A stretch of 46,580 nt of DNA, from contig CAZXPE010000002.1 of NCBI GenBank assembly GCA_964642915.1, forward strand, positions 1 through 46,580, in the 5' to 3' direction. A program made the position numbers and the translations under genes. The notes under the pieces were generated by a model, which saw only the letters and a program-made list of their open reading frames with translations, had not been told where the DNA came from and made no database searches. This stretch comes from an uncultured bacterium (GTDB taxonomy: Bacteria > Methylomirabilota > Methylomirabilia > Rokubacteriales > CSP1-6). How positions within the stretch are numbered: the first letter of the stretch is position 1; every line of letters starts with the position of its first letter. Positions 24,674-33,605 of this stretch are shown here, one piece after another.

Positions 24674-26890
24674 ATGACGCTTCAGCATGCCGAGATCCAA
24701 GCCATCGTGAGAGGTGACCACAGCGACCCGTTCGCCGTCCTGGGGCCTCATCTCGTCAGCGGAGAGAGGGGGCGAGCTGTGGCAGTTCGGGCGTTCCTTC
24801 CCGGCGCTGAGACAGCGCGTGTGATCCCCCTCGATCCCGCCCCCCGCCCGCGAAAGATGGAGCGGATCCATCCTGACGGATTTTTCGAGGCGCTCTTCCC
24901 CGGCCGTCGAGCGGTGTTTCCCTACCGCCTCGAAGTCGTCGATCATCAGGGAGAGGCCAGAGTGACAGAAGACCCCTATCGCTTCCCGTCAACCCTGAGC
25001 AACTACGATCTCCACCTCCTGGGGGAAGGAACGCACTACAAGGCATACGAGAAAATAGGGGCCCACCCTCTGGTGGTAGATGGGGTGCCCGGGGTGGCTT
25101 TCGCGGTGTGGGCCCCCAACGCGCGGCGGGTCAGCGTCGTCGGCGACTTCAACCAGTGGGACGGGCGGTCCCACCCGATGCGCTGTCATCCAGGCAACGG
25201 CATCTGGGAGATTTTTGTCCCCGGACTCGCCGAAGGGGCGCGCTACAAATTCGAGATCCTATCGCGTTCGGGAAAGCCTCTCGCCCTCAAGGCCGACCCT
25301 TACGCTTTCTCCTTCGAGCTGGAGACGCCACGCACCGCCTCAGTGGTCTCGGCGCCTGACGGCTACTCCTGGGGGGACGCCGACTGGATGTCTGAGCGCG
25401 CGCGGCCCAACGCGCTGGATAGCCCCATCGCCATCTACGAAGCCCACCTCGGCTCATGGATGCGGGTGCCCGAGGAGGGAAACCGCTTCCTCACTTATCG
25501 CGAGCTGGCCCCCAAGCTGGCGGCCTACATCGGGGAGATGGGGTTCACCCACGTCGAGCTTCTCCCCGTGATGGAGCATCCGTTTTACGGCTCCTGGGGG
25601 TATCAGACCATCGGCTATTTCGCCCCTACCCGCCGACACGGGAGCCCCGCCGACTTCATGTTCTTGGTGGACACCCTCCACCAGCACGGGATCGGAGTCA
25701 TCCTGGACTGGGTCCCGGCCCACTTCCCGCGCGACCCTCACGGGCTCGCCTACTTCGACGGCACCCACCTCTACGAGCACGAGGACCCGCGCCAGCGCGA
25801 ACACCCCGAGTGGGGAACCCTCGTCTTCAACTATGGCAGGAACGAGGTGGTCAACTTCCTCATCGGTAACGGCCTCTACTGGCTTGAGCGCTATCACGCC
25901 GACGGGCTCCGGGTGGACGCCGTCGCCTCGATGATCTACCTCGACTACTCGCGCGGCGCCGGAGAGTGGGTCCCGAATCCCCACGGCGGGAACGAAAACA
26001 TGGAGGCAATCGCTTTCCTCAAGCGGTTCAACGAGGTCGCCTATCGCTACCACCCGGGCGTCATGACCATCGCCGAGGAGTCAACAGCCTGGCCGATGGT
26101 CTCCCGCCCGACCTGGCTCGGCGGCCTGGGCTTCGGCTTCAAGTGGAACATGGGATGGATGCACGACCTTCTGGACTACATGAGCCGCGACCCGGTCCAC
26201 CGCAAGCACCACCACAACCAGCTCACCTTCGGACTTCTCTACGCGTGGCACGAGAATTTCATCCTCCCTCTCTCCCACGACGAAGTCGTCTACGGCAAGG
26301 GGTCGCTCCACGGCAAGATGCCCGGAGACGACTGGCAGAAGTTCGCAAACCTGCGCTCCCTCTACGCCTTCATGTACGGCCACCCTGGAAAGAAGCTCCT
26401 CTTCATGGGGGGCGAGTTCGGCCAGACCCGCGAATGGAACCACGACCGGAGCCTCGACTGGCACCTCCTCGAGAGGGGGCCATACCACCGGGGGATCCAG
26501 AGGCTCGTCAGGGACCTGAACCGGCTCTACAGGAGTGAGCCGGCCCTTCACGAGGTTGACTTCGACCACGCCGGCTTCGAGTGGCTCGACCCGAACGACT
26601 GGGAGCAGAGCGTCGTCTCATTCGTTCGCCGGGGGAAGGACCCCGGAGAGTTCGTCCTCGTCGTCTGCAACTTCACCCCGGTCCCGCGTCACGGCTACCG
26701 CGCCGGGGCGCTCGTCGGAGGCCATTACCGCGAGATCCTGAACACCGACTCCGGCGCCTACGGCGGGAGCAACGCGGGAAATTCAGGCGGCGTCCGCGCT
26801 GAGCCCGTTCCGTGGCAGGGACGGCCTTTCTCGCTCGCCCTCACCCTGCCGCCTCTGGCCGCCATCTTCCTCAAACCCGACAGCCGCTGA
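24674..26890 (+). CDS. glgB: 1,4-alpha-glucan branching enzyme (GH13)
   Basis: Start at ATG 24674 ([26 protein letters not shown]). Classic GlgB blocks [59 protein letters not shown]. Confidence 0.95.
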   Translation: MTLQHAEIQAIVRGDHSDPFAVLGPHLVSGERGRAVAVRAFLPGAETARVIPLDPAPRPRKMERIHPDGFFEALFPGRRAVFPYRLEVVDHQGEARVTEDPYRFPSTLSNYDLHLLGEGTHYKAYEKIGAHPLVVDGVPGVAFAVWAPNARRVSVVGDFNQWDGRSHPMRCHPGNGIWEIFVPGLAEGARYKFEILSRSGKPLALKADPYAFSFELETPRTASVVSAPDGYSWGDADWMSERARPNALDSPIAIYEAHLGSWMRVPEEGNRFLTYRELAPKLAAYIGEMGFTHVELLPVMEHPFYGSWGYQTIGYFAPTRRHGSPADFMFLVDTLHQHGIGVILDWVPAHFPRDPHGLAYFDGTHLYEHEDPRQREHPEWGTLVFNYGRNEVVNFLIGNGLYWLERYHADGLRVDAVASMIYLDYSRGAGEWVPNPHGGNENMEAIAFLKRFNEVAYRYHPGVMTIAEESTAWPMVSRPTWLGGLGFGFKWNMGWMHDLLDYMSRDPVHRKHHHNQLTFGLLYAWHENFILPLSHDEVVYGKGSLHGKMPGDDWQKFANLRSLYAFMYGHPGKKLLFMGGEFGQTREWNHDRSLDWHLLERGPYHRGIQRLVRDLNRLYRSEPALHEVDFDHAGFEWLDPNDWEQSVVSFVRRGKDPGEFVLVVCNFTPVPRHGYRAGALVGGHYREILNTDSGAYGGSNAGNSGGVRAEPVPWQGRPFSLALTLPPLAAIFLKPDSR

Positions 26891-26900
26891 GCCTTCGGCC

Positions 26901-28379
26901 TTGATCGACCGCTTCCTGACTATTCACGGCCACTTCTACCAGCCGCCGCGGGAGAACCCGTGGACCGGGGAGGTGGAGGTCCAGGACGGCGCCGCCCCGC
27001 ACCACGACTGGAACGAGCGGATCACCGCCGAGTGCTACGCCCCCAACGCGGCCAACCTTGAAAAGATCTCCTTTGACTTTGGTCCTACCCTCCTCTCCTG
27101 GCTCGGGCGCAGTCATCCCGAAACACACAGGAAAGTTCTTGACGCTGACAGGGCCAGCAGGGCCGCCCACGGCGGTCACGGCAATGCCATCGCCCAAGCG
27201 TACAACCACATGATCCTGCCGCTGGCTACGCTGAGGGATAAAGTCACACAGGCGCGCTGGGGGATCGAGGATTTCCGCCGCCGCTTCGGGCGCGACCCCG
27301 AGGGAATGTGGCTCCCCGAGACTGCCGCTGACCGCGAGAGTCTGGCTGTCCTGGCAGAATGCGGCGTCAAGTTCACGATCCTGGCCCCATCTCAGGCCCG
27401 GCGGGTCAGGCGTCTGAAATACGGCCGGTGGAAAGATGTGGAGGGAGGACGGATCGACCCAAGCCGGGCCTACCGATACGCGACGGCCGGCGGAAAGGGT
27501 CTCGCCCTCTTCTTCTACGATGGCCCGATCTCAAGGGCCATCGCCTTCGAAGGCGCGGCCTCTCACGGCGAGGCTTTGAGGAACCGGCTCATGGCGGGCT
27601 TCTCTGCTGAGCGCCCCTGGCCCCAGCTCGTCCACGCCGCCACCGACGGAGAATCCTACGGCCACCACACCCGCTTCGGTGACATGGCTCTGGCGGCTGC
27701 CATCGCGCAGATCGAGTCTGAGGGGACAGCGAAGCTCACCAACTACGGGGAGTTCCTTGCTGACCACCCCCCCACCCACCAGGTGGAGATCATTGAAGGG
27801 ACCTCATGGAGCTGCGCCCACGGGGTGGAGCGCTGGCGCTCCGACTGCGGCTGCCGGGCGGGGCGCCCCGACTGGCACCAGCGCTGGCGCGCTCCGCTCC
27901 GAGGGGCGATGGACTGGCTCAGGGACCAGCTCGACCTCTTCTACGAAATGCGGATGGGAGCGCTCGTCAAGGACCCGTGGGCAGCCCGCGACGATTACAT
28001 TCACGTGGTCCTGGACCGCTCTCCTGAGAGCAGGGCCGCCTTCTTCGCCCGGCACCAAGAGACGCCTCTCGACGACGCCCGCCAGGTCACGGCGCTCAAG
28101 TTCCTGGAGCTTCAACGCCAGCGCCTTCTTATGTACGCCTCCGACGGGTGGTTCTTCGACGAGATCTCAGGACTCGAAACCGTCCAGGTCCTCAAGCACG
28201 CTGCCAGGGCGATCGAGCTGGCAGGAAGCCTGGGTCTCAGCGGGCTTGAAAGAGAGTTCGTTCGCAGGCTGGCTGCGGCCCCTTCAAACGACCAGGGGTG
28301 CGGCGACGGCGCCCAGGTCTACCAGCGGCTCGTGCTGCCCGCCAGGGCGACGGCGGATCCTCTCCGGGATCGCGCGTGA
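26901..28379 (+). CDS. Glycoside hydrolase family 57 protein (alpha-glucan-active)
   Basis: 492 aa, TTG start. MIDRFLTIHGHFYQPPRENPW... and ...WLPETAAD...ATDGESYGHH are typical GH57 blocks. Confidence 0.8.
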   Translation: MIDRFLTIHGHFYQPPRENPWTGEVEVQDGAAPHHDWNERITAECYAPNAANLEKISFDFGPTLLSWLGRSHPETHRKVLDADRASRAAHGGHGNAIAQAYNHMILPLATLRDKVTQARWGIEDFRRRFGRDPEGMWLPETAADRESLAVLAECGVKFTILAPSQARRVRRLKYGRWKDVEGGRIDPSRAYRYATAGGKGLALFFYDGPISRAIAFEGAASHGEALRNRLMAGFSAERPWPQLVHAATDGESYGHHTRFGDMALAAAIAQIESEGTAKLTNYGEFLADHPPTHQVEIIEGTSWSCAHGVERWRSDCGCRAGRPDWHQRWRAPLRGAMDWLRDQLDLFYEMRMGALVKDPWAARDDYIHVVLDRSPESRAAFFARHQETPLDDARQVTALKFLELQRQRLLMYASDGWFFDEISGLETVQVLKHAARAIELAGSLGLSGLEREFVRRLAAAPSNDQGCGDGAQVYQRLVLPARATADPLRDRA

Positions 28380-28665
28380 GGCCCCGGTGTGCCTCCGGTA
28401 GTGGTACGTTTTCCTAAAGCTGGGAAATCGTCGCCCCCTGAACGTTCGATGCGCCGGCCCCCCAGTTCGAGCGAAACCGCGCGGCCCTAGCTGAAGAAGG
28501 GAACCAGCCGCTCGAAAGTGCAGGTGCCGCAGCGGGCTGGTAAACCCTACTGGCCGCAATAGGCGTGGAACTTGCAAGACTCAGGAGTGGGCGAAACTCA
28601 CATTCCGTATGACAAGGGGGGCCGGAGAGTGAAACCAAAGCCGTTGGGGACGAAAAAACGAGGGG

Positions 28666-28695
28666 TTGACAAGCGTACGAGATTCAGGCTTAAAT
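28666..28695 (+). promoter_or_regulatory. Candidate sigma70 promoter for the cassette genes
   Basis: TTGACA (28666-28671), 18-nt spacer, TTAAAT (28690-28695). GAGGGGGAGGG lies upstream of ATG 28725. Confidence 0.5.
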
Positions 28696-28724
28696 CAGGT
28701 GCCTGTCGAGGGGGAGGGCCCGAC

Positions 28725-28931
28725 ATGAACAAACTGGCACGAGAGACCGCCTCTGATCTTCTGAAGAAAGAGCCTGATTTGGTCAAGACTTTCGACGAGT
28801 TCTCGGCTGCCGAGGAAGAATTTGCCCAGATGTTGGACCTGATGGGTCTCCGCCACGTCGCGGTCGAACTTCCGCCTGCGGGCAATGCAGAAGGCTCCCT
28901 GCATGGGAACGTATCAGGCTCTAATCGATAA
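28725..28931 (+). CDS. Small acidic hypothetical protein (68 aa), cassette cargo
   Basis: Internal ATG of ORF 28572..28931 with a strong SD: MNKLARETASDLLKKEPDLVKTFDEFSAAEEEFAQMLDLMGL... No recognisable family. Confidence 0.45.
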   Translation: MNKLARETASDLLKKEPDLVKTFDEFSAAEEEFAQMLDLMGLRHVAVELPPAGNAEGSLHGNVSGSNR

Positions 28932-29910
28932 GACCGAACGAGGTCAGATCGACGGCAAGATTCTTCAACAGGAACGCATCAAGAAGATAGTCAATATCCA
29001 AGGTCTCACTGACCGACCTCTCGTCGTTTACTTCTCCAACTTCATCAAGGGCGGGAACGTCCCTAATAATTCCATCGACGATACCGATGTCACCGCCTTC
29101 TCTGATTTGATCGAGGGGGTTCCTGGGGACTCGCTCGACGTACTCATTCACAGTCCAGGCGGCCTCGCTGAGTCCGCTGAGCGAATTGTAGGATTACTTC
29201 GCGCCAAGTTCTCTAGCATCCGCTTCATCGTTCCTCACACTGCCTACAGCGCGGCCACGTTGTTAACCTTTTCCGGAAACCAGATTCTCATGGACGACCG
29301 TTCGGCGCTCGGCCCCGTGGACCCGCAAATCATGTTCCGCGATCCGATCACGGGTGAGGTCTATTTTGTTCCGTCCCAAACAATTACTCTGGGGTTCCGG
29401 CGCGCAATCGATGCCTTGAGAGGAGGGCAACCAGAGGTGCTCAAGGCCTACCTTCCGATGCTGAATAAGTTGAACATGCATCTCTTTGAGATATGCAATA
29501 ACGCCGAAGAACTTACCCGGACACTGGCCCTTGACTGGCTGACCCGCTATATGTTCAACGGCCAGGCGGACGCTACGGAAATGGCCAAGAACATCACAGG
29601 GTTTTTCAAGGACCACTCCCAAACTCGTTCGCATCGACGCGGCATTGGTATCGTGAAGGCCAAGGAATTGGGGCTAACCGTCGTCGACATGAGAGACATC
29701 CCGAAACTGCGGCAGGCGATCTGGGAGCTGTACTGCGCGGTGGAGTTTTTTGTCGATCAAAGCGATACCTCCAAGTTCTACGAAAACACCTTCGGTGTCA
29801 GCTGGCGGCGCCGTTTTCAGGCAGTCGCAGTTCAAATCCCCGTTCCCGTGATGCCGGGCCCTCCGCAGGCTCCTCCCCCGAAACAGCGCCCCGGCGGGGG
29901 GAAGCGGTAG
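28885..29910 (+). CDS. Clp/SppA-fold serine protease of the SDH (serine dehydrogenase proteinase) type
   Basis: 341 aa. ...DRPLVVYFSNF...DSLDVLIHSPGGLAESAERIVGLLRAKF...VPHTAYSAATLLTFSGNQILM... (Clp-fold Ser-protease core), Pro-rich basic tail. The true start may be the second ATG at 28903 (GAAGG upstream). Confidence 0.6.
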   Translation: MQKAPCMGTYQALIDKTERGQIDGKILQQERIKKIVNIQGLTDRPLVVYFSNFIKGGNVPNNSIDDTDVTAFSDLIEGVPGDSLDVLIHSPGGLAESAERIVGLLRAKFSSIRFIVPHTAYSAATLLTFSGNQILMDDRSALGPVDPQIMFRDPITGEVYFVPSQTITLGFRRAIDALRGGQPEVLKAYLPMLNKLNMHLFEICNNAEELTRTLALDWLTRYMFNGQADATEMAKNITGFFKDHSQTRSHRRGIGIVKAKELGLTVVDMRDIPKLRQAIWELYCAVEFFVDQSDTSKFYENTFGVSWRRRFQAVAVQIPVPVMPGPPQAPPPKQRPGGGKR

Positions 29911-30068
29911 GGCTGAGGGAACCAGCGCCAAGAGCTTCCCCTTGGTTCGTTCTCCCCGCTTTGGGGGTCAAGTGGATTTCTATCCTGAGAGCGAGAAGTG
30001 GAAGTGGGGGATCTGTTAGGGAGTAAAGACTTTCGGCATAACGTACCACTACCGTGCCTCCCCCCGTC

Positions 30069-30098
30069 TTGACACCTCCGCCCCACGCCTGGTAGGGT
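30069..30098 (+). promoter_or_regulatory. Candidate sigma70 promoter for pntAA-pntAB-pntB
   Basis: TTGACA (30069-30074), 18-nt spacer, TAGGGT (30093-30098). Lies 8 nt to the right of the cassette target duplication. Confidence 0.3.
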
Positions 30099-30236
30099 GC
30101 TCCGGGTGAAATAGAAGTTTTCGGGTCTCGTTCGCGTGCCATGACTATCCCCGGCCCGTCCGGGACCGCGCCCCCGGCGGGCCGTCGTATGCTTGAGGCC
30201 GCCACGAGAGAAGCGGCGCGGAGATAAGGGGCGAGC

Positions 30237-31397
30237 ATGAAACTGGCAGTGCCGCGAGAAGTTCGGCCCGGCGAGCGCCGCGTCGCTCTGGCGCCGGAAT
30301 CTTGCAAGAAGCTCATACAGGCCGGCCTCAGCGTGGCGATAGAGGCCGGCGCCGGGGATCAGGCTTTTTATCCTGACGAGGCGTATCGGGAGGCGGGTGC
30401 CGCGGTCGAAAGCGACCCGGCGGCTCTCCTCGGGCTGGCTGACTTCGTGCTGAAGGTGAACCCGCCGGCGCTCGGCGGGGCTGCCGGGAGGAACGAGGTC
30501 GAGTGGATGCGGCCGGGGACGCTTTTCCTCGCCTCGCTGATGCCGCTCAGGAACCTCGACGCCGTCAGCGCGCTGGCAGCGCGGAAGATCACGGCGTTCT
30601 CCACAGACGCGATCCCTCGCACGACCCGCGCCCAGGCGATGGACACGCTTTCCTCGATGGCGAACATCGCGGGCTACAAAGGGGTGCTCCTCGCTGCTGC
30701 CGAGCTGAACAAATACTTCCCGATGCTGATGACTGCCGCTGGCATGGTCTTCCCGGCCAGGGTGTTCGTGATCGGGGCCGCAGTCGCTGGACTCCAGGCG
30801 ATCGCCACTGCGCGGCGGCTGGGCGCCAACGTGGTGGCGACCGACGTGAGGCCGGAGGTGAAGGAGCAGATCGAGAGCGTGGGGGCGAAGTACGTCGGGA
30901 TCGAGCTGAAAGAGAGCGCCTCCGCCGGGGGCGGCTACGCGAAGGAGCTGTCTGAAGAGGACAAGGCGCGGCAGCGCGAGCTGCTCGCCGAGCAGTGCGC
31001 CCAGGCCGACGTCGTGATCACGACTGCGCTCATCGGCGGCGTCTTCGCTCCGAAGCTCATCACAGCCGAAGTGGTGCGGAAGATGAGACGAGGCACTGTG
31101 ATCGTGGACCTTGCGGCCGACGGCGGCGGGAACTGCGAGCTGTCGCGCCCCGGCGAGACCGTGGCAGAGAACGGCGTCACGATCCTTGCCCCCCTGAACC
31201 TTCCGGCAACAATGCCGACCCATGCGAGCCTGCTCTTCTCGCGCAACCTCACGGCGTTCCTGCTGGCGTTCACTAAAGACAAGGCGTTCCACCTCGACCT
31301 GACCGACGACATCCAGAAGGGGGCGGTCATCACTCACCAGGGTGAGGTCGTGAACGCGCGAGTCAAGGACGCGATGCAGAGCGGCTCACGGAATTGA
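30237..31397 (+). CDS. pntAA: NAD(P) transhydrogenase subunit alpha part 1 (dI, AlaDH/PNT domain)
   Basis: 386 aa. MKLAVPREVRPGERRVALAPE..., Rossmann motif VIGAAVAGLQAIATARRLGA. Confidence 0.9.
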   Translation: MKLAVPREVRPGERRVALAPESCKKLIQAGLSVAIEAGAGDQAFYPDEAYREAGAAVESDPAALLGLADFVLKVNPPALGGAAGRNEVEWMRPGTLFLASLMPLRNLDAVSALAARKITAFSTDAIPRTTRAQAMDTLSSMANIAGYKGVLLAAAELNKYFPMLMTAAGMVFPARVFVIGAAVAGLQAIATARRLGANVVATDVRPEVKEQIESVGAKYVGIELKESASAGGGYAKELSEEDKARQRELLAEQCAQADVVITTALIGGVFAPKLITAEVVRKMRRGTVIVDLAADGGGNCELSRPGETVAENGVTILAPLNLPATMPTHASLLFSRNLTAFLLAFTKDKAFHLDLTDDIQKGAVITHQGEVVNARVKDAMQSGSRN

Positions 31398-31413
31398 AAG
31401 GAGAGTGAGAAGA

Positions 31414-31821
31414 ATGTCGCTACGACGGATATTCGGGCCGGGCTGGCCGCTGGCGCCGGCCGCTCTCGCCCTCATGGCGACGGCGCAACCCGCTCTCGCC
31501 GCTGAGGCGAAGGCCGGCCAGGGGCAGCAATTCGACCTCATCACCATGCTCTTCGTGTTCATGCTGGCGACCTTCATCGGCCTCGGCGTGATCCGCCGCG
31601 TCTCCCGCCTGCTTTACACGCCGCTCATGTCTCTCACCAACGCCATCTCGGCGATCGCGGTCGTTGGCTCCGTCATCGTCACCGGCGCTGACTACCCGCT
31701 CCACATCCGGATCCTCGGCGCTGTCGCCCTGTTCGCCTCGATGACCAACATCGTGAGCGGATTCCTCATCACTGACCGGATGCTCAAGATGTTCAAGACG
31801 CGCAAGGAGGAGAGGCCGTGA
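31414..31821 (+). CDS. pntAB: NAD(P) transhydrogenase subunit alpha part 2 (membrane dII part) with N-terminal extension
   Basis: Conserved core ...LYTPLMSLTNAISAIAVVGS...FASMTNIVSGFLITDRMLKMFK. ATG 31414 is preferred over the ORF-track GTG 31405 because of GGAG spacing. Confidence 0.85.
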   Translation: MSLRRIFGPGWPLAPAALALMATAQPALAAEAKAGQGQQFDLITMLFVFMLATFIGLGVIRRVSRLLYTPLMSLTNAISAIAVVGSVIVTGADYPLHIRILGAVALFASMTNIVSGFLITDRMLKMFKTRKEERP

Positions 31822-33233
31822 CAACGGACAACCTCGTCCAGCTCGCCTACCTCCTCTCGACGGCGCTGTTCATCTTCTCACTCTACTGGATGAGCGACCC
31901 GAAGACGGCGCGGCGTGGCGTCTTCGCGGGAGTCGCCGCCATGCTCGTCGCCGTCGTCGCCACCTGGGCCCAGCCCGCGGTGATCATCCACCACTGGTGG
32001 ATCGTGATCGCCATCGCCCTGGGATTCGCGGTGGGGTGGCCGCTGTCGCTCGTCCCGCTCACCGCGGTGCCTCAGCGGACGGCGCTGTCTCACGCCTTCG
32101 GCGGCCTCGCCGCAGGCCTCGTCGGGACGGCGAAATACTACCTCTGGCTCCAGGAGGGGCCGGAGAACCTGACCGCGTTCAGAATGACGGCGATCATCGC
32201 CGAGATCATCCTGGGGTACCTCACCTTCACCGGGAGCCTTATGGCCGCCGGGAAGCTCCAGGAGGTGAAGTGGATCCCCCAGCGGCCTGTGACGTACCCG
32301 TTCCAGAACGTGGGCAACATCGGCCTCCTCGTCGCGGCGGCGGTTCTGGGGATCATCCTGGTGCTCAACCCGGTGGAGCCGTGGTCGGGAAAGCTCTTTC
32401 CGGTTATCATCGGCCTCGCTCTGGCTTTCGGCGTGCTGCTCATCATCCCTATCGGAGGCGCCGACATGCCGACGGTCATCTCGATCCTCAACTCCTACGC
32501 CGGGCTCTCAGCCGTGGCGATGGGCTTCGTTCTCGACAACAAGCTGCTCATCACCGCCGGCGCCCTCGACGGATCGAGCGGCCTGATCCTCTCCATCATC
32601 ATGTGCCGAGCGATGAACCGCTCTTTCGCCAACGTGCTTTTCGGCGCCTTCGGTCAGACTCAGACCGCGAAGGCCAGCGGTGAGGAGAAGGTCTATAAGC
32701 CCGAGACCGTCGAGAGCGCCGCCCAGATCATGGAGCAGGCCAACCTGGTGGTGGTGATCCCGGGCTACGGCATGGCCGTGGCGCAGGCTCAGCACAAGGT
32801 GCGCGAGCTGTACGACCAGCTCAAGAAGCGCGGGATCACCGTGAAGTTCGCCATCCACCCGGTGGCAGGGCGAATGCCGGGTCACATGAACGTGCTGCTC
32901 GCCGAGGCCGACGTCCCCTACACCGACCTGGTTGAGATGGATTCGATCAACCCCGACATGCCGCAGTGCGACGTGGCGCTGGTGATCGGCGCGAACGACG
33001 TCGTGAACCCGGCGGCGCGTCACGACAAGGGGAGCCCGATCTACGGGATGCCGATCATCGACGCAGACAAGGCGCGCACCGTCTTCGCCATCAAACGGAG
33101 CAAGAACCCCGGCTTCGCCGGGATCGACAACGATCTCTACTTCTCTGACAGGACCTGGATGCTCTTCGGAGACGCCAAGAACGTGGTGGGCGAGCTGGCG
33201 AAGCAGCTCTCGGGCGGCGGCGGCATCCACTGA
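31818..33233 (+). CDS. pntB: NAD(P) transhydrogenase subunit beta
   Basis: 471 aa. Polytopic N-terminal half plus dIII domain (VVVIPGYGMAVAQAQH...HPVAGRMPGHMNVLLAEA...GANDVVNPAA). 4-nt overlap with pntAB. Confidence 0.95.
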   Translation: MTTDNLVQLAYLLSTALFIFSLYWMSDPKTARRGVFAGVAAMLVAVVATWAQPAVIIHHWWIVIAIALGFAVGWPLSLVPLTAVPQRTALSHAFGGLAAGLVGTAKYYLWLQEGPENLTAFRMTAIIAEIILGYLTFTGSLMAAGKLQEVKWIPQRPVTYPFQNVGNIGLLVAAAVLGIILVLNPVEPWSGKLFPVIIGLALAFGVLLIIPIGGADMPTVISILNSYAGLSAVAMGFVLDNKLLITAGALDGSSGLILSIIMCRAMNRSFANVLFGAFGQTQTAKASGEEKVYKPETVESAAQIMEQANLVVVIPGYGMAVAQAQHKVRELYDQLKKRGITVKFAIHPVAGRMPGHMNVLLAEADVPYTDLVEMDSINPDMPQCDVALVIGANDVVNPAARHDKGSPIYGMPIIDADKARTVFAIKRSKNPGFAGIDNDLYFSDRTWMLFGDAKNVVGELAKQLSGGGGIH

Positions 33234-33256
33234 CGCGCCACCCCGTTAGGCTACAT

Positions 33257-33457
33257 ATGGTAAGTGCTCTCTTCGAACTCCTGACGTATTTATTTTATGG
33301 AACTGGCGCTGTGCTGGCGTGGCTGGTAAAGGGGTGCCGTACCCGCCTTGCAACGGAGTTGTCTGACACCTACAAAATACGGAACGGCAGCATCGCGGCC
33401 ATTATGTGGATTGTTCTCATCGGCGCCCTACTATACGTGAACAATCGACCAGAGTGA
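33257..33457 (+). CDS. Small two-TM hypothetical membrane protein
   Basis: 66 aa, ATG start, two hydrophobic stretches (LLTYLFYGTGAVLAWLV; IAAIMWIVLIGALLYV). Lower-GC sequence. No family recognised. Confidence 0.4.
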   Translation: MVSALFELLTYLFYGTGAVLAWLVKGCRTRLATELSDTYKIRNGSIAAIMWIVLIGALLYVNNRPE

Positions 33458-33480
33458 CCCGGTGAATTCCTGAGTCGTGC

Positions 33481-33540
33481 ATCAAGGTTGCGGGGACAGG
33501 TCTTCCAATCACACATTGTTGTAGTGCAAGCCCGATCCTA
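33481..33540. repeat. Copy A of a direct repeat of about 60 nt
   Basis: About 43/60 identical by hand alignment to 34261-34320, exactly 780 nt downstream. The core CAATCACACATTGTTGTA (33506-33523) is identical to 34286-34303. Confidence 0.7.
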
Positions 33541-33605
33541 TCGGGGTGACATCAGGGACGCGATAACCGCCGCCCCACTAGACCGACGACACAGATGCTG
33601 ACCCC

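Larger units (their letters stand above)
28397..30053. mobile_element. Transposase-less mobile insertion cassette (MIC/MITE-like with cargo), 1657 bp
   Basis: Perfect 14-bp terminal inverted repeats GGTAGTGGTACGTT (28397-28410) and AACGTACCACTACC (30040-30053). They are flanked directly by the 8-bp direct repeat GTGCCTCC (28389-28396 and 30054-30061), read as a target-site duplication. The interior looks lower in GC by eye and has no transposase-like ORF. Confidence 0.75.

Noticed and set aside
28381-28665. Possible tmRNA, RNase P RNA, SRP RNA or a bona fide cobalamin riboswitch in the GC-rich intergenic stretch.
   Set aside because: I looked on both strands for the diagnostic cores (GGAAAGUCCGG for RNase P, the GGAA/AGCA domain IV of SRP, the tRNA-like ...UCCACCA end and tag ORF of tmRNA) and found none. 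The riboswitch-like blocks are incomplete and sit upstream of, not within, the downstream gene's predicted 5' UTR. I kept this only as a low-confidence finding.
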